A stretch of DNA of 64,000 bases from Thalia democratica (GCA_965202585.1 OZ241827.1:49600001-49664000); one strand, 5' to 3'. Shown: positions 50,007 through 64,000, counted from the first letter of the stretch. Notes: generated from the letters alone by a model not told the origin. Numbers and translations: made by a program.

Positions 50007-50128
50007 CTGTCCTGGACAAAGCGTTAAAGGGTATCCATGGTGTGCGTCTCGATAGCCGAATGATTTTTTTTCGTACACCAGGTCCTAGGACCAATTATTT
50101 TGAGCGCTGTGTTTTGTCGCTCAATAAA
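50007..50128 (+). repeat. Copy of the ~120-bp structured repeat in CYP intron 2
   Basis: GTCCTGGACAAAGCGTTAAAGGG...CGTACACCAGGTCCTAGGACC...TTGAGCG...CGCTCAATAAA. Confidence 0.7.
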
Positions 50129-50943
50129 AAATATTTAAACAAAACTTGTTTATTCTTACTCATCTTTTGCAATGCAAGTAATTTTTTTGCAACTTGTGCG
50201 AATATTGTATTTAAAATAATAAACTTTTTTTATACAGCCTAAAAAAATTAAAACGTACAGGACTTTTTCAAAGCTAGTTGCACAACATCTGGATGGTAAA
50301 GGTGGACATTCATATGGGTCGGGCCCAACCACTGAACGGCCATCTTGGGATATTTTTCGCATCTTTCAATCATATTTGCTAATCCTTTCGCATTGATAGG
50401 GTACTTTAACAATATTGTTTTGTAAACAACCTCGCTTAAGTACTAATACTAAACAAAAATCAACGCTTATTTAAAAAATAAAAATGTTTGATGTAAATTT
50501 TGTTGTTTTTATAGTTTTATAGATATTTAAGATTTCAAAAAGTTAAAAGGATAATTTTTATTTGAGAACGTTATTTTTTACAATATAGCTAAAACTTTCT
50601 ATAGAAAAAATTTATTATAATAAATATTCAACTAGTAGTTTTTTTTTTGTTTTTCCCAACTCTTTTTGAATTCAAACAAAAATGTTTAAATATAAGCTTA
50701 TAATTCACGCTAAAAAGTAGATAAACTGCATCAGATAAACTTTTAAAGCTTTTTCTTTTATCTTACTTGATCTTAAACAAGATAACTTTTTTCTGAGTTT
50801 AATTTGAATTTTGTTAAAAACTTTTAGTTTTATATATATCTGAAATATTATTTTTGCAACAAAATATAATTAAGAAAATTCTATAACTATCCACAGTTTT
50901 TTCAATTGTACGTAAGCTAAATTCTTTGTTTTAAGAACTAGAG

Positions 50944-51350
50944 CAGGGTTTCATAATTTTTTTTTTCAAAAGGCCCCCTTCAAAGAAATTAAAAAAGTCA
51001 TGGTCCCCTGCAACAAGATTTCTTAAAAAACTACCATTAAAAACGCCTAAGACCTTTTTTTAACTTTTTGCTTTTCATCATCAATTCCAGAATATCTAGT
51101 TTTAGTTTCAAATTATGGCCTTGTGGCTCCCCCTCTTACGGCTTGTGGCCCCCTAGTTTCCTTTTTTTCTCCATTATATCTAATATAAGTTTAAAAACTA
51201 CCATTCAAAACGCTTAACACTTTTTTTTTCTTCATCATCAACTCCAGAATATCTAGTGTAAGTTTCAAATTATGGCCTTATGACCCCCTGTGGCCCCTTT
51301 ACTGCTAATGGCCCCCTAAATTTCAGTAATGGCCAAAAGGGGACCACTTT
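50944..51350. mobile_element. hAT-like MITE with an internal duplicated unit sharing the AATATCTAGTG module
   Basis: Starts CAGGGTTTC; GGCCCC subterminal motifs; two copies of AAAACGC(C/T)TAA...TCATCATCAA(T/C)TCCAGAATATCTAGT...GTTTCAAATTATGGCC; the right end is eroded. Confidence 0.55.
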
Positions 51351-53537
51351 GCTTACTTAGGATAATCCTGAACTTGAGTTAGAAAAAACAGGCATTACAA
51401 TTTAAATTAAACATTTTTTAAGCAAATTCAAAGCAATCAAAGTGTAAAATGAATATCAATAATAACTTTAAAATCTTAAATAAATCCCGCAACTTAATAC
51501 GTTGTATTTACAAAATTAAGTAAAGTTTATACCTCGTCTAAATGACCTTTTAGCCAATGTGCCTTTGGCCCTCCTATTTTTGCTTCCATATTTTTAAAAG
51601 CAAGGTAATCTTTCGTCTTTGGAACAACAATTTTGATAAAAACAATAAGAGAGAACAGAAGAAAAAAAACATCTGACAAAACAGTTTCCATCAAAAACCC
51701 TTCATTTGAAAGACTTTTAACAATGATTGAACTCATTTTAAAATTTATTTTAACAAAGCTTAAAAGTATAAAAATATTTAATTTTAGAAACATTTTGGTT
51801 TTAATTAAGTTAAAAATTTATGTAAGTTAAATGTAATTTAATTGATATGATTTTAATAATTAAATTACATAAAAAAACTACAAATAGCTAGTATATGTGT
51901 ACCTTATTAAACTTATGAAAATAAAAGTAGTAAAATAGTATTTAAAAAGTATTTGTTACAACCTTTAATCAAATATGCTTATCTTATATAATTCATTATT
52001 AAAGGTTGATTATACAAATTATTTAAATTGATAAAAATATAAGGTAAACTTTACAACTCTTATTATTAATAGTAAAGCCTATACTATTTCGTTAATCAAA
52101 AAATGCTGCTAATGATATTCAATTAAGATGTTCGTAAATGAAGATGCCAAGTAGAGTAACTTTTTTTTTTTAATTTCTATGAACTTTTTTTGAGGATATA
52201 TTTTAAAACTTTAGTTATATTTTTGTAAATAATATAAAAATAAGTCTGTATCGTTTTATATATACAACTTTCTACTGAATAGTAATCATTATAGCATTGT
52301 TAACTTGGGTATTTCTAAAAAAAAAATTTAAAACTGTATATTTCTATTGATACTCTTAACTACAATTTTTGTATTTTAGTTGTTGAATTATTTTTACAGG
52401 TATCATACCACTTAAAGATAAAAATTTGAAATTTAGTACTTTTTTAAAGATATATATTCAGTGATATTTTTCAATTAAATGAGTAATTTAATATAACTTC
52501 ATAAAAAACTATTAATGAATGATTTCTATAAAAATTATTTTTCTATAAATCAAAACTGTATGCTCAAAATCTAATTTAGTTAATTGAAATACTTAAAGCA
52601 AGAAAAAAGTTAAACTACATTTTCTTACTTACTTCTTATTTCCAATTACACAAAACTAGTTTTTGACTTTGATAATCAAGCGAATAATGTCTAGTTGATT
52701 ATTAACGTGTTTTGTTAATCTCCAAGCTGGTTTTAATGTTTGTTTATATTTTTTAGTAAACATCAACTAAAAATATATTCTTAGAACCGAATGTTAGTTT
52801 ACTTTTAAATAAACACTTAAACAAAATTTTCAAATTTACATTTATTAAAATTAAACGATAGTTTTAGTAAAGACTCATAGATTACAACAGTAAATATTAC
52901 TTTAAACTTTAACTATACAAACATGAAAATTATTTATTTTAAAAAATTCTGTTATAAAACAATTTTTTACTTTATTAGAGATCTTCAGTTATAATTGAAA
53001 TCTGTAAATTAAAACAAACATAAATGTGGACATCAATGCTAAATTTAAATTTACAAACTATGTTTAAAACTGGTAAGAACTAGTAGAAAATTTAAGTTTA
53101 CTTAAAAAACCTCTTAGAAAAAAATGTATTTCTTAATAAATTACTTAAAAATTATATCAAGTTTTGAATCTGTTAAAATATAAATTTATATTATTATAAA
53201 CTAGATTAATCAAGAAGGATTACAAACTAAGGTCTTAAAAAATATTTCAAACAAAAATTGATAAAGGTATTAGTTACTAGATGCATATTTATAATCCATT
53301 AAACTTCATTCAAGTTAATCTGTAATATGCTGTAACTTTAACATCACGACGTAACTCTAAATTATTTGGGTTAAAGTTTAATAATGCTGAAGCTTTGCTG
53401 ATTTCGAAAAACTCTTGTGTTGACTTCGGTGTACGACTATTCAAATTTGAACTATTCAAATTCTTAAAAAAATGTTCAAATTCTTAAAAAAATGTTAAAA
53501 AAAAGGGCAACAACTTAAAAAGTAATTCATAATAAGA

Positions 53538-53755
53538 AAATTGTAAACAGGTATTTAGATCTTATCAATATCTACAAGCTACTTTTTATTTTTTGCGAAC
53601 TTTTAAATATTTTTTGTGGTATTGCTAAGATAAGCTTTAAAAAATAATTATTTTTAACAATTTTTAATATTCGTTTTTAGTTATAGAAATTTTGCAAATA
53701 ATAAAAAATGGCTTGAAGATATTGTAAGATCTAAATATCTATTTATAACTTTTAA
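53538..53755. repeat. Imperfect inverted repeat (foldback MITE remnant)
   Basis: AGGTATTTAGATCTTATCAATATCTACAAGC pairs with GCTTGAAGATATTGTAAGATCTAAATATCT. Confidence 0.55.
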
Positions 53756-54530
53756 AAATATATTTTACTTTTGAGATACGGTCTCTTAAATATTTTTTTA
53801 AGAGCTTGAACTGTCATGTAACTCTTGTTTTATCTGTTTTTTACGATAAATTTTAGAAAGGCATATACATAAAATAAGTACATTACTTTAATTGTACATT
53901 CTTAGTTTCAATATAAAGTTTTCTAAAGTGAGAACAAACTCTGCAAACAAAATGTAGTTTTCAAGTTTAACATGACAAACCAATTTGAATATACCTAAAA
54001 AAATTAAGTTATTTTACTCATAGTTCTTAAAGATTTATATCAAAAGTTAAAAATGTGTTGCATTCTAACAACTAATACTTAATCAAATATTCTATTTTTT
54101 GTAAGTTTGAATGCTTCAAAATTTCGAACACAAGTCTTTACTCTTAATTAAGTAAAAATAAATAGCACTCTCTAAACTTTTGTGACAGTTTAATGTACTT
54201 CACTACTTGTTAGTAACTTACTTGTTGAAACTTACAGTAGAAACTAAACATAAAACTAAAAACAGATTTTCGTTGAAAACAACAAAGTTTGAAATAAATT
54301 AAGTGATCAATGAGATTTATAAACAACCAAAGTAAAGCAACTGTTAAATTAAACTAAGATACAATTAGAGAAAACAAATTAATTAATTTAACGAAATAGA
54401 AAAACATTATAATCAAAATCTGTTTGTGTGCACAAGTCTGAAATTTAGACAGTAGCAACCACAAACGCTGCTAAAAGATCTTCAATAGCTGAAAATTTAA
54501 GAAAATAATAGAACTGTGCTAAAAGTTAAT

Positions 54531-54541
54531 ACACACATATA

Positions 54542-54580
<39 letters not shown>
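54531..54580. repeat. (AT)n microsatellite
   Basis: About 50 bp of AT dinucleotide repeat with a short AC start and one AC interruption. Confidence 0.9.
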
Positions 54581-56207
54581 TTAAATTATTAATAATTGCA
54601 ATAAGATTTTTGACCTTAACCAGTAAAAAATTATTTCAGTATCAAAATCCAGAACTGTGGAAAAAAAAATTATGAAGTGTCTCTTTTTAGTAAAATTAAC
54701 TACTTTGTTTCCTTTAATTTTATTTTAGTCAGTTTTAATGATTGCTTTACATTGATTATTTACTACTCTCGTTGTTCACTTAACTAATTTCAAGTTATGT
54801 TTTTTTAGTGAAAAATTATCTTATGTTTAGTTAAAACTAAAAGTTTAAGACGACAAGTAGCGAAATATATTAAACTGTCACAAAAAAATTTAGAGAGTGT
54901 TATCTCTTTGTACTTAATAAAAAGCTCGAGTACTTTTATTTTTGATTAGTTTTAAAATTAGTTTTTAAAAGCTTTTAAATGTCTAAAAGTATACCACATA
55001 CATAAATAAATATAAAAACTGTTTTTCTTTAACATCTATTTAAATCACGTACAAAAGATAATTTAGACATAGTTTTTATACAAATTTGGTATAATAAAAT
55101 TAAGTTGATTATTAACTTATAGTTAGTAAGTTGTAAACAAAACCAAATACGTTTTGTGTTTGTATTGTTTTTTAGTAAAACCAAATTAAAGTTAAACTTA
55201 AAATTTTGTGAAAATGTGCAACATAGAAAACATTTTGTTGTTCTAAATAAGTTTAAAGTCTTTTAATTGCATAGAAAATTATATATTCAAAATAAAAACA
55301 CTAACAATAAAAAAATTTAAAACTTTGTTAAATAAACTACATTCTCTTGTATAAACTGGTTTACTTTTGTTATAGTTTCGTCAGTATTCAAGAACTTTGA
55401 TAAACAGAGAAAATAGGTTTTCAACAAACCACTAACTTTGATAAAAAAGCAAAATTTCTGTAAAAGATTTAACTAAAAACACAGGAACTGTTAAGTTTGA
55501 TATATCATTTATATATACACATACGAATTGACATTAATTTTGAATGCATATTCTTTTTAAGAAAAAAATCTTTATCATATCACCTTATATTAATTAAAAA
55601 TACTTTAAATAGTAAAAAATCACGATAAAATTTGAAATCTGTACAGGAAATTTATAGACAAACTGTATTCTTACATATGTATGTACTTATTGGCCAAGAA
55701 CAATCAATGTTTAAAAAAAAATCAATGCATTATATTAAACTTATACTTTTTTGAATAAGATTATATTTATTTTAAACTACGTTCATTACATTTAGTAGAA
55801 AAAAAAGTTGACACTTTGAAATATTAAGAAAAATGTTATCCGTTCTTATCAAAAACAGCTTTTGTGTTGCATATGAGTTTAAAGAACTTAAGTTATTATT
55901 ACTTTACTATTTCAAGTAAAAAGCTGTGTAGTTTATTTTATAGCAAAGGTTTTTTTTTTATTAAAACCATCGAGTATATGAAAGCACTTTGTTTCAACTT
56001 AAATACTTATTTTAAACGTTTCAAATCTGTAGCGAAAAAAATTTCAAGTAAGCTTTACTTCAAAAAGTTATTTTATGATAAGAACTTTTTTTGTAGCGTA
56101 AAAGATATAATTATAGTTAGTATTTCTAAAGTTGCGCCTTATATATCTAGGTAAAAATAAATTATATTAAGATACAAAAGAAAAACTTTCTAAACTATCA
56201 AGCAACT

Positions 56208-59200
56208 TTAGTAGCACGTTTTACAAACTATTGCAAATAAATAATATATAAACATAATATATAAACATAATATTTCCACCAACATATTCAGTGTTTTCAA
56301 GCTTATGGAAGTTGTAGAAGAAGTTTCTGTTAAAAAATCAAGTAAATAATTTGTTTATTTTCATTAAAACCTTAACTATTTTTTAGTACTTTTTATTTAA
56401 TTATCTATTTTTATTAGTTTTGTTAATTTTCACTTTATACTTGTAACATTAAAAATAAGGGCTTAACTTATTCGTCTTACTTTTTGAACAGCTAAAAAAA
56501 AAGCAAAAAAACCAAAGTAATTTCAATTTTATTTATCAAAGGTTGTACAGATACAGTTTTAAATATAGTCAAAACTATTTTTTAGAGTTAATTAAAGAAA
56601 GTACCAAGTTTCAAAATAACTTATTTGTGTTTAATTACCAGACTTCTAAATAACAAACTCTAAATAATAAAAATAAATAACAAATAAAAACTAAAAGTTC
56701 AATGTGTAATAAGACTTAAAACTATACCATATACATAAGCTAAATGTGTATTTTAAGAGTACTTTTATTTAAATTTTGTTCTAATTAAATTTGAATCTTG
56801 AGTTTTAAACAAAAATTAATGTTATTTGAAAAGTATTAAAGAAAATTATATCCTTAACACTTTTGGTTCAGTTCTTATGGAAGCGTTATAGAATTTTTTT
56901 TATACATCAATTTAAATTTTCTACTACCTGTTTTGATCCATTTGAAGAAGTGTTCGACTTTCGTATAAACGCCTGGTAGTTGGCTCCCGCAACCGAATCC
57001 CCAAGATGACAGCCCGAAAAGAACCCATATTTCACCATCGTAGCACATCAAAGGTCCCCCAGAATCCCCCTTGTAAAAAAATATTTCATTTGATTATGTT
57101 TTAATTTCCTCAATGTACTTATACATATATTTTACTTCAATTTAAAATATCTAAGAGTTATACTACAAACTGGCATGTGTATATATAGTTCATTGAACGA
57201 CAAAAAAAGACGCTCAAAACATTTGGTCTAAGGACCTGGTGTACGAAAAACCTTTTGGTTATCGAGTCACACATCACGGCTACTTTTTACGTCTTGTGTG
57301 TGTGTGTGTTTTTTAGTTCTAATAACAAAATATACAAAGTTAAGTTGAGTTACTTTAAGTTTTTAAGAAAAATTTAAATGTTATAAAATAATAACACTAA
57401 AATTAGTGGTTAAATTATGACATAACTCAACAATGTATAACATAACAACAATTTTCGATCATATATCTTCGATCATCAGACGAAAGCTTTCTTTGGTTAC
57501 GACTTGGCGAAGTTTCAATGCGAACAAAACTAGTGTCTCAATCTACCAAGATCTTTGGTCAGAAGATCGAAGTGATATTAACGAAACTTGTTATAAAATT
57601 ATGCATTGATAAATTGTTTTATAGTATAACCAAAACACTAAATAAAAATGTAAAATATCTGAAATGAGCAAAAATTTTTGTTAACAAGTTTCAAGACTGT
57701 ATCACGGCACATAAAAGTCCAGACTTTGGTTTGATGACCTTCGCCAAAGTTTTATTTTTTGAACTAAAACTTACATATAATATATTAAAGTTATATTAGA
57801 TTTTAGTTTTATTAAGTTGAGACATAGCATATTTTTAATTTTTCTCTAAAGTTAGAGTATAACATAAAACCTATAAACTAAGTAAAAATCCTACTATAAA
57901 AAAGGCCTGAAAATTGTTAAAACGACTTAAACTTGACAAAATACGAATAAAAACTCAACAAGCTAATGTTGTTTTAAATGTTTTTATAAGTAAAAAAGCT
58001 TAAAACTTTTTAACCAACATTAATTATAACTTGTATAGTTTTAAAAAACAATTTTAAAAATAGTATACATTGTGTATAACTTACCCTGTTAGTTAGCTAA
58101 TTCAAAAAATTGTTACAACAAAAATCATGAAAAAATAATAAAAAGGCACTTTATAAGAGATTGAAAGAGTTTTTTTAGTTATATAGTTGTTATTGACAAT
58201 ATATTTTAAATAATTTAATGATGAAAAAAATGCTTACAAAAGATTAACAACTGATATACACAAAGTTCATTATAAACTTGTTTAGTAATCAAAAAAAAAT
58301 ATATATATAGAAACTTATACAGCTACTTACGATACTTTCTAATAAAACAAAGTTACTGATTCCAAAACAAATCAAACAATTCACCTGACAAGTGTCTCTT
58401 CCTTGCTGACCGGCGCAAACATGGAACTCCCGTATACTCGCTTGGTACATGTACCTCCTCCTGCATTCGGAGTTGGTCACGACGGGAAGGAGAACCTGGT
58501 GGAGGTTTTCAGGTTGCCTGCCTCCTCCGTAACCTGAATAAAAACAATTGAATTTTTTATGCCTTTGTAATATTGCTTCGACAACTTGTTTAAGAAAAAA
58601 AAATTTATTGAAACCGGTTTCATTCTAGCCATTAAAAAACAGAAACCAGAACACTTCGTCGTAGAAAAAGTAGAAACAAAAAAACGTTTATAGTTTAAAC
58701 TAAAAACTTAAATATTTAACTTAAGTAAAAACTTAAAGTTTTTTTAATTTAAGAGTGCAGGAAGTTTAATCTTTATAAAACAACTTAATCTACTAAAACT
58801 TTTAATTTAAATGGTTACTTTCGTTCTAAGTTTAAAAAACTTTTAGTCCGTGTTAGAATTTTTGAAAATAAAAATTTTTACCAGTAAATTAACTATCGTA
58901 AAATGTATTTTTTTGTTTAGAGATAAACTTATGTGAATGCAATTATTTTAAGAACCTTAGTAGAAAATTTAAAAAACAATCTAGTTTAAAAAACTGAATA
59001 TCAATAATTGTAATTAAATATTGTAAAGAATAAAAAGTTAAAACTGTCCAAATATCTTATATTATTATGTAATTGTATTAATGAATGTGTTTTGTATTAT
59101 TATATAAATTACTTACTGAGTTGACCCCATCCAACAGCAAAACAGTTTGTCATGAGACTTTTGAGTGAAGTTATGCATATCGGTTGCACAAATTTGTTGA

Positions 59201-62200
59201 AATTTATTTCTTCCGAAACCCGAAGTAAAGCAATGTCGTAATCAAGTGTATTTCTATTAAGAAGAGTAAGTTTTTCAACGATTAAAGTAATACGTTTTAA
59301 TACAATTCAACAATACTTTTCAATTATCTCTGATAAGTTATTAAAGAAAAGTTTTTAGTCTAAGTATTTTGTTCATGTAGAAAAACTTTGTTGTGTTTAA
59401 AGTTTTTAATAAATTTTAAAACTTTAGATATTAAAAAAGTATATACAAATTTCATGAAAACTTTATTTGTTTTTATTTGGAACTGTACGTTTAACTAGAC
59501 GAAAAAACAAATTTAAACCAAGGTAAAGTATATTCAAAATTAAACAAACTGTTTAAAATTTGTGGAGTATTTTAAATTACAAACTAAAACTTTATAAAAA
59601 TACTTTTTTCATGAGCAAACCCAATTGTTACAATTAATATTGTACAGTAGTTATGACTCTGTTCGTATTATTGATTAATATGCATGCTACTTTTTAACTT
59701 TGTAATTATTGCAAAATTTTATTTAGAACATTTTTTGATTATGTTTGGACATAGTTCTGATCGTACCACTTGGATTGTCAGACCACAAGCCCTTGGTAAA
59801 CTGAGACATTGGTTTCGCTTTTATTGAAACTTGTTAGTCATTTGCAACTCAAAAAGCCTGTAGTCGTCAATCTACAAACGTTGTATCATGTTTTATCATA
59901 AAGCTACTGTTTTCTTTGCTTGTATGACCAGTGACGTCAGCGTTGTCAAACTGCGTGCAAGGCTTAATACATTGTCCACTTTACAAGACAGCTGGTACAC
60001 TCATTTAATACGATCAAAAAGCACCGTTTAAAGCCTAACAGAGCCGAAGCCTGGCCTTTTGTGTGTCGTGACACTTGTGTTTTAAATTAATAATACTTTG
60101 AAACCATTTTAATACAAACTGAAAAACTATAAAGTATTATTTTTAGGTAGTATGTTTGACAAAAAAAAGTTTTATATTTTGATAAATCGTCTTTAAAAAT
60201 TGTAACAACTCATGCGAAAAACAATTAGCATGTTCTTTTTGAAATTTGGCTAACAGTTTACATTTATCAAAACACATAGAATTATTATTGTCTAGTGAAC
60301 AGGTTTGTGCAAACTACTAAATTGTCTAAAATTCATCTGTACTTAAATATGATACTAAATATGTACTAGATAATCTATACAATTAAACACAAGCGTCAGT
60401 TTATTTAAGTTTGAATACAATCAAGCTTATAATAACTACCTCAAAAAAGTTAAAATAAAATAAGCAAAACTAACGGTTCGTAATAAGGATGAACTTTTGA
60501 TTCCTCAACGAGCAATCTTTGCTCAGATTTCGAATCACCAGACAAGTGATGCCTCCCGACAAACACGGTTTTACTTCTGCAAAAGCAAATAGTTTTATTT
60601 TCCTCAAAGTAACTTTTTTTGTTTTATCGAAAAATTTTACACTTCATTCACGATTTAGACAAAAAATATTACAGTAAAACTAGACTAATTAAAAGTTTAA
60701 GGAAATTTTCTACCCGATGAAATAGATGAAGATGGTAAATATTATGTGTTCTTATTAGCAAGCCTTTGTTTTTAAATTTGTTCAAAATTATAGTTTTTGA
60801 AAAATTACAATAATCTCGTTTATTTAAAACATATTAAAAAAAGAAAAGAGAGAGAGAGTATATTTTAACTCTAAATCTACAATAGTAACTTCAAACTTAT
60901 TTTAATTTTACAACAGCAAAACAATCTACAAACCTCCAATGTGCACCGACACAATGCGCAGCAGTCAATATATAATTGGAAGTTAAAACTGCCGCTCCAC
61001 AAAACTGAGTGTTTCCCTCCACAAGCATGGCTACCCATGGCCAGCTGTGTGGTTCGGAAGCAATACCTCCTACAATGCGCTGTTGCTGTATGTTTTGATA
61101 AGCTTCTACATTTTGAAAAAAAAAATTAACTTTTGAACAATTTTCTACCTTATTATTTTATAATGGGCAAAACTGTTTTTATATATGCTAGTTTAAAAAT
61201 TTTCTTTAGATGTTTTATTTTGCAAATAAGATAGTAGTGCCTTCTTAGCATGAAGCATATATTAATATTTTATTACAGTTTTTTTGCTAGTAATAAAAGT
61301 TATAAACTTTTGTTGACTTACGAAATTGTATTTAGGCTGAACTTGTTGTCGTCCACATTTGTTTTTATGGTAATCTGCAATAAAAATTTAAAAGTTATAT
61401 ATTGACTGTTTTTATAAGTCAACAGAGTTTTTATTATTTTAATTTGGCTCATATACTTTTAAAACATATTTTTTTGATAAATATATATTAACAAACTAAC
61501 TAAAGCAATAAGTACTGCAATGAGATTATTAATATAAAGTAAATAAAAAAATGTTCACGAGAGTATCAGTTACAATGTATAATAAAAATGTAATAAAGAA
61601 ATTTTTTTTAAATATATAACTTAAAAAAAAATGTTTTAGAAAATACTCTTGAAAATTAAGTAGTTACTTAGTTACAATTAACTTAGCCGATTATAATCAT
61701 AATTTTTCTATGGTATTATTTAAGTTTAGTCATTAAATGTTAATCAAGTCGGCACATAATTTTGAAAAACTATCACTTGCCATAATAAGTGTGTAAAACT
61801 TACAAAAGTTTAAATACGTGTTGTTTAAAAAAGTATTTATTTTTTTTTATACTAGTAGGCTTTAACTCACCGCACCTTTCTTCGTCGCTGCCATCAGAAC
61901 AGTGTTCTATGACGTCACACACAAACTTTTCATCTATGCACTCATCGTTCCAACATTCAAATTGTCCCTCTACACAAGCAGCTGTGATAATGCAACTATT
62001 TATACAAGTTTTACTCTTAGTATCTATTAAAACAAATATTTATCTTGAAGCTTGTATTAGTTATAAAATAAATCTAAAATATAAACTAATTTGCATAAGT
62101 GTTTATTAAGGTTTATTTCTTTTAATCAAAAAAGGCTTTGTACAAAAACATAGTACTTCTATTTTTTTTTAAACATACTTTATTGAACATTAACTTAATT

Positions 62201-63955
62201 CTGTATAGATAATCTTAAGTAATTTAAGTTTAACAGATTATATAAGATATTGTCCCAATATATAAATAAAAGCATATAACACTTTTAAAAAATATTTTTA
62301 TTTTAAGTTCTCACAAAAAGCTAAATTTTACAGGGTTTATGATTTTTAATTAATTCAAGTTTATTACCTACTGACGTCCAATCTAAGGAGAATTGAGAAA
62401 CTTGTATACTGTGGCTGCCGTATTCAAACTTTATTGTTATATCACTGCTGTAAATTGTTAAGTCGTGTGGTCTGTGTTTTCCACAATATAAATCGCCATA
62501 CTAAAAACACATTATGTTAAATTAAAAGTTAACAATTTTATATTACAATAAAATAAAAACTTAATAAAAATACTGAACAGTTCTACCTAATAAAATGTAA
62601 AAAATTATAGTTGTGGAAATTTTTATTTCCCTTATAATTTATTTTTTTAGACAATCTACAAAACTCACTTTTAGACAATATTTTAATAAATAATTCAGGT
62701 GTTACAGGTGAAATTTAATTTTTTAAATTTTTCATTTATTAATGTTTTTATAGTTCTTTCTAGATAATCAAAATAAGTTTAATACAATTAAGAATTTTTA
62801 ATAAGGTTTAATTTATTATAATACGAAAAATTATTTATTGAGTAAACAAGCTACAATAATTTAGTTCATAATTTCAAACTTGTTTGCTAAATTTTTTTAT
62901 TAACAGTTACAGAAACAAATTACCACAGGGTGTGGTATCGTGTGAGAGGGTAGATTTTCGCTTAAAACTAAAAAGATTTAGTTTAAATAGTATGAATATC
63001 AGTAAAATTCAGTAACTTTTCACAAAAACAATAAATAAATTAAATCTTTATAGTATTTATTTCATCTAGATTAACTAGTGCTTTCTTAATTTTTTTATTC
63101 GTAATATTGTTTAGTTTTATTTCCTTACGACTCCCCCCCCCCCCAATAGACTTTTAATTTACTTTTATTAGTTTTTTAAAAATGTGTTTGTATGTACTAA
63201 GTTATCGATTTTTATATCAAGCAAATAAGTTTAAATTTACTAATGAGTTTATAATAATTTTAACTTTGTCTGATGTTTGTTTATATTTGTTTTTAGTTTA
63301 TTAAATTTGTATTTTCTTTTCTTTTTTTCATTGTGTGTCCTGTTTAAGTGGCTCAGGTTTTGATGCCTGAGTCCAAAATTGCACAATAAACAATATAATA
63401 ATAAAAGTTTACAAATACATCTATACCTTGTCAGATTACTAATCTATGAAATATAAAACTTATTGACTTAAAAACTAGAGCTATTTTAAAATATTCCAAA
63501 TAGAACTGAAGGATGTTTTTCTAAAATGCCTGTAAAACAACCAAAAACTAATGTTTTATTTGGATAACATTTTTATATGTTTTATGATAGTATTTTATAC
63601 TTTTATATTAACATCGCTTAAAATAGCTAAAGTAAATTCGTGTTGTATAGCTCAACAACCGAAAGATCTCTTAAGTCTATTGACTATATCGGTGACTACC
63701 ATTAAATAAAAATATATATAGATAATTGTATACTAATGGCTTTATACTACAAACCTAAGAAGATTGTCATTAAGTAAATAATAATTTTACAAAATTATCG
63801 GAGACTGATAAAATCTTTCAAAAACATAATTACATTGTAAAGGACTTAATATAAAACATACCAACTTGTTTACCATCGACCAGAATTGACAATTTGTCAC
63901 ACTCACTACAAATGTTGCAATCTCCAAAATCAAACTCTACAAAGTCTAGTTTTAC
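56208..63955 (-). CDS. Modular trypsin-like serine protease (CUB, LDLa, S1 domain, hydrophobic GPI-like tail); 5' part is outside the window
   Basis: Exons 63955-63866 and 62500-62368 (CUB: [14 protein letters not shown]), 61981-61871 (LDLa: CVEGQFEC...[10 protein letters not shown]), 61374-61322, 61085-60934 (R-IVGG, LTAAHC), 60576-60475, 59253-59117 (DIALL), 58533-58385 (GRDTCQ, Asp at the S1 pocket), 57069-56928 (GDSGGP), 56326-56208 (hydrophobic tail and stop). The catalytic triad is intact. Confidence 0.9.
57189..57297 (-). repeat. Copy of the ~120-bp structured repeat in a protease intron
   Basis: The reverse complement reads CAAGACGTAAAAAG...GACTCGATAACCAAAAGGTTTTTCGTACACCAGGTCCTTAGACC...GTCGTTCAATGAA. 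Confidence 0.7.
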
Positions 63956-64000
63956 CTGTCAAATTTCGTTATTATATGTTATAGAAAATAAAAACAAAAA

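Noticed and set aside
57440-57490. Minus-strand CTGATGA...GAAA resembling a third hammerhead
   Set aside because: No stem II closes on the core and stem III lacks the A-U/C-G plus NUH arrangement; the sequence is one arm of a small inverted repeat (about 57460-57580).
62924-62960. Possible extra 37-nt protease exon
   Set aside because: It would shift the frame; exons 63955-63866 and 62500-62368 already join into a continuous CUB sequence (DGKQ-YGDLYCG).

Overview
AT-rich animal genomic DNA with many introns, probably from a marine invertebrate (tunicate-like is an inference; the species cannot be named from this sequence). I reconstructed five protein-coding loci exon by exon, all on the minus strand. 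(1) AIP, 7 exons, 327 aa. (2) Intronless ASF1, ending 375 nt upstream of the AIP start codon. (3) A secreted lysyl oxidase with a roughly 1,200-residue Gly/Ser/Tyr-rich low-complexity pro-region; its exon phases allow either a full LOX enzyme or a catalytic-domain-less protein ending in a Lys/Arg-rich tail. (4) A CYP4-clan P450 with 11 intact exons but one in-frame TAA. (5) A CUB-LDLa-trypsin protease with a hydrophobic, GPI-like C-terminus, whose 5' end lies beyond the window. Introns and intergenic DNA are full of non-autonomous DNA transposons (hAT, Tc1/mariner-type, TTAA-flanked foldbacks) and a structured ~120-bp repeat family. Best leads: the dual-output LOX/structural-protein gene; a perfect 177-bp palindrome made of two head-to-head minimal hammerhead ribozymes (Penelope-like); a second hammerhead in a CYP intron; and the ASF1-AIP pair, which looks like an operon or a shared-promoter unit. 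All exon coordinates were read by hand and need RNA-seq confirmation. No rRNA, tRNA, CRISPR array or transposase/RT ORF was seen.
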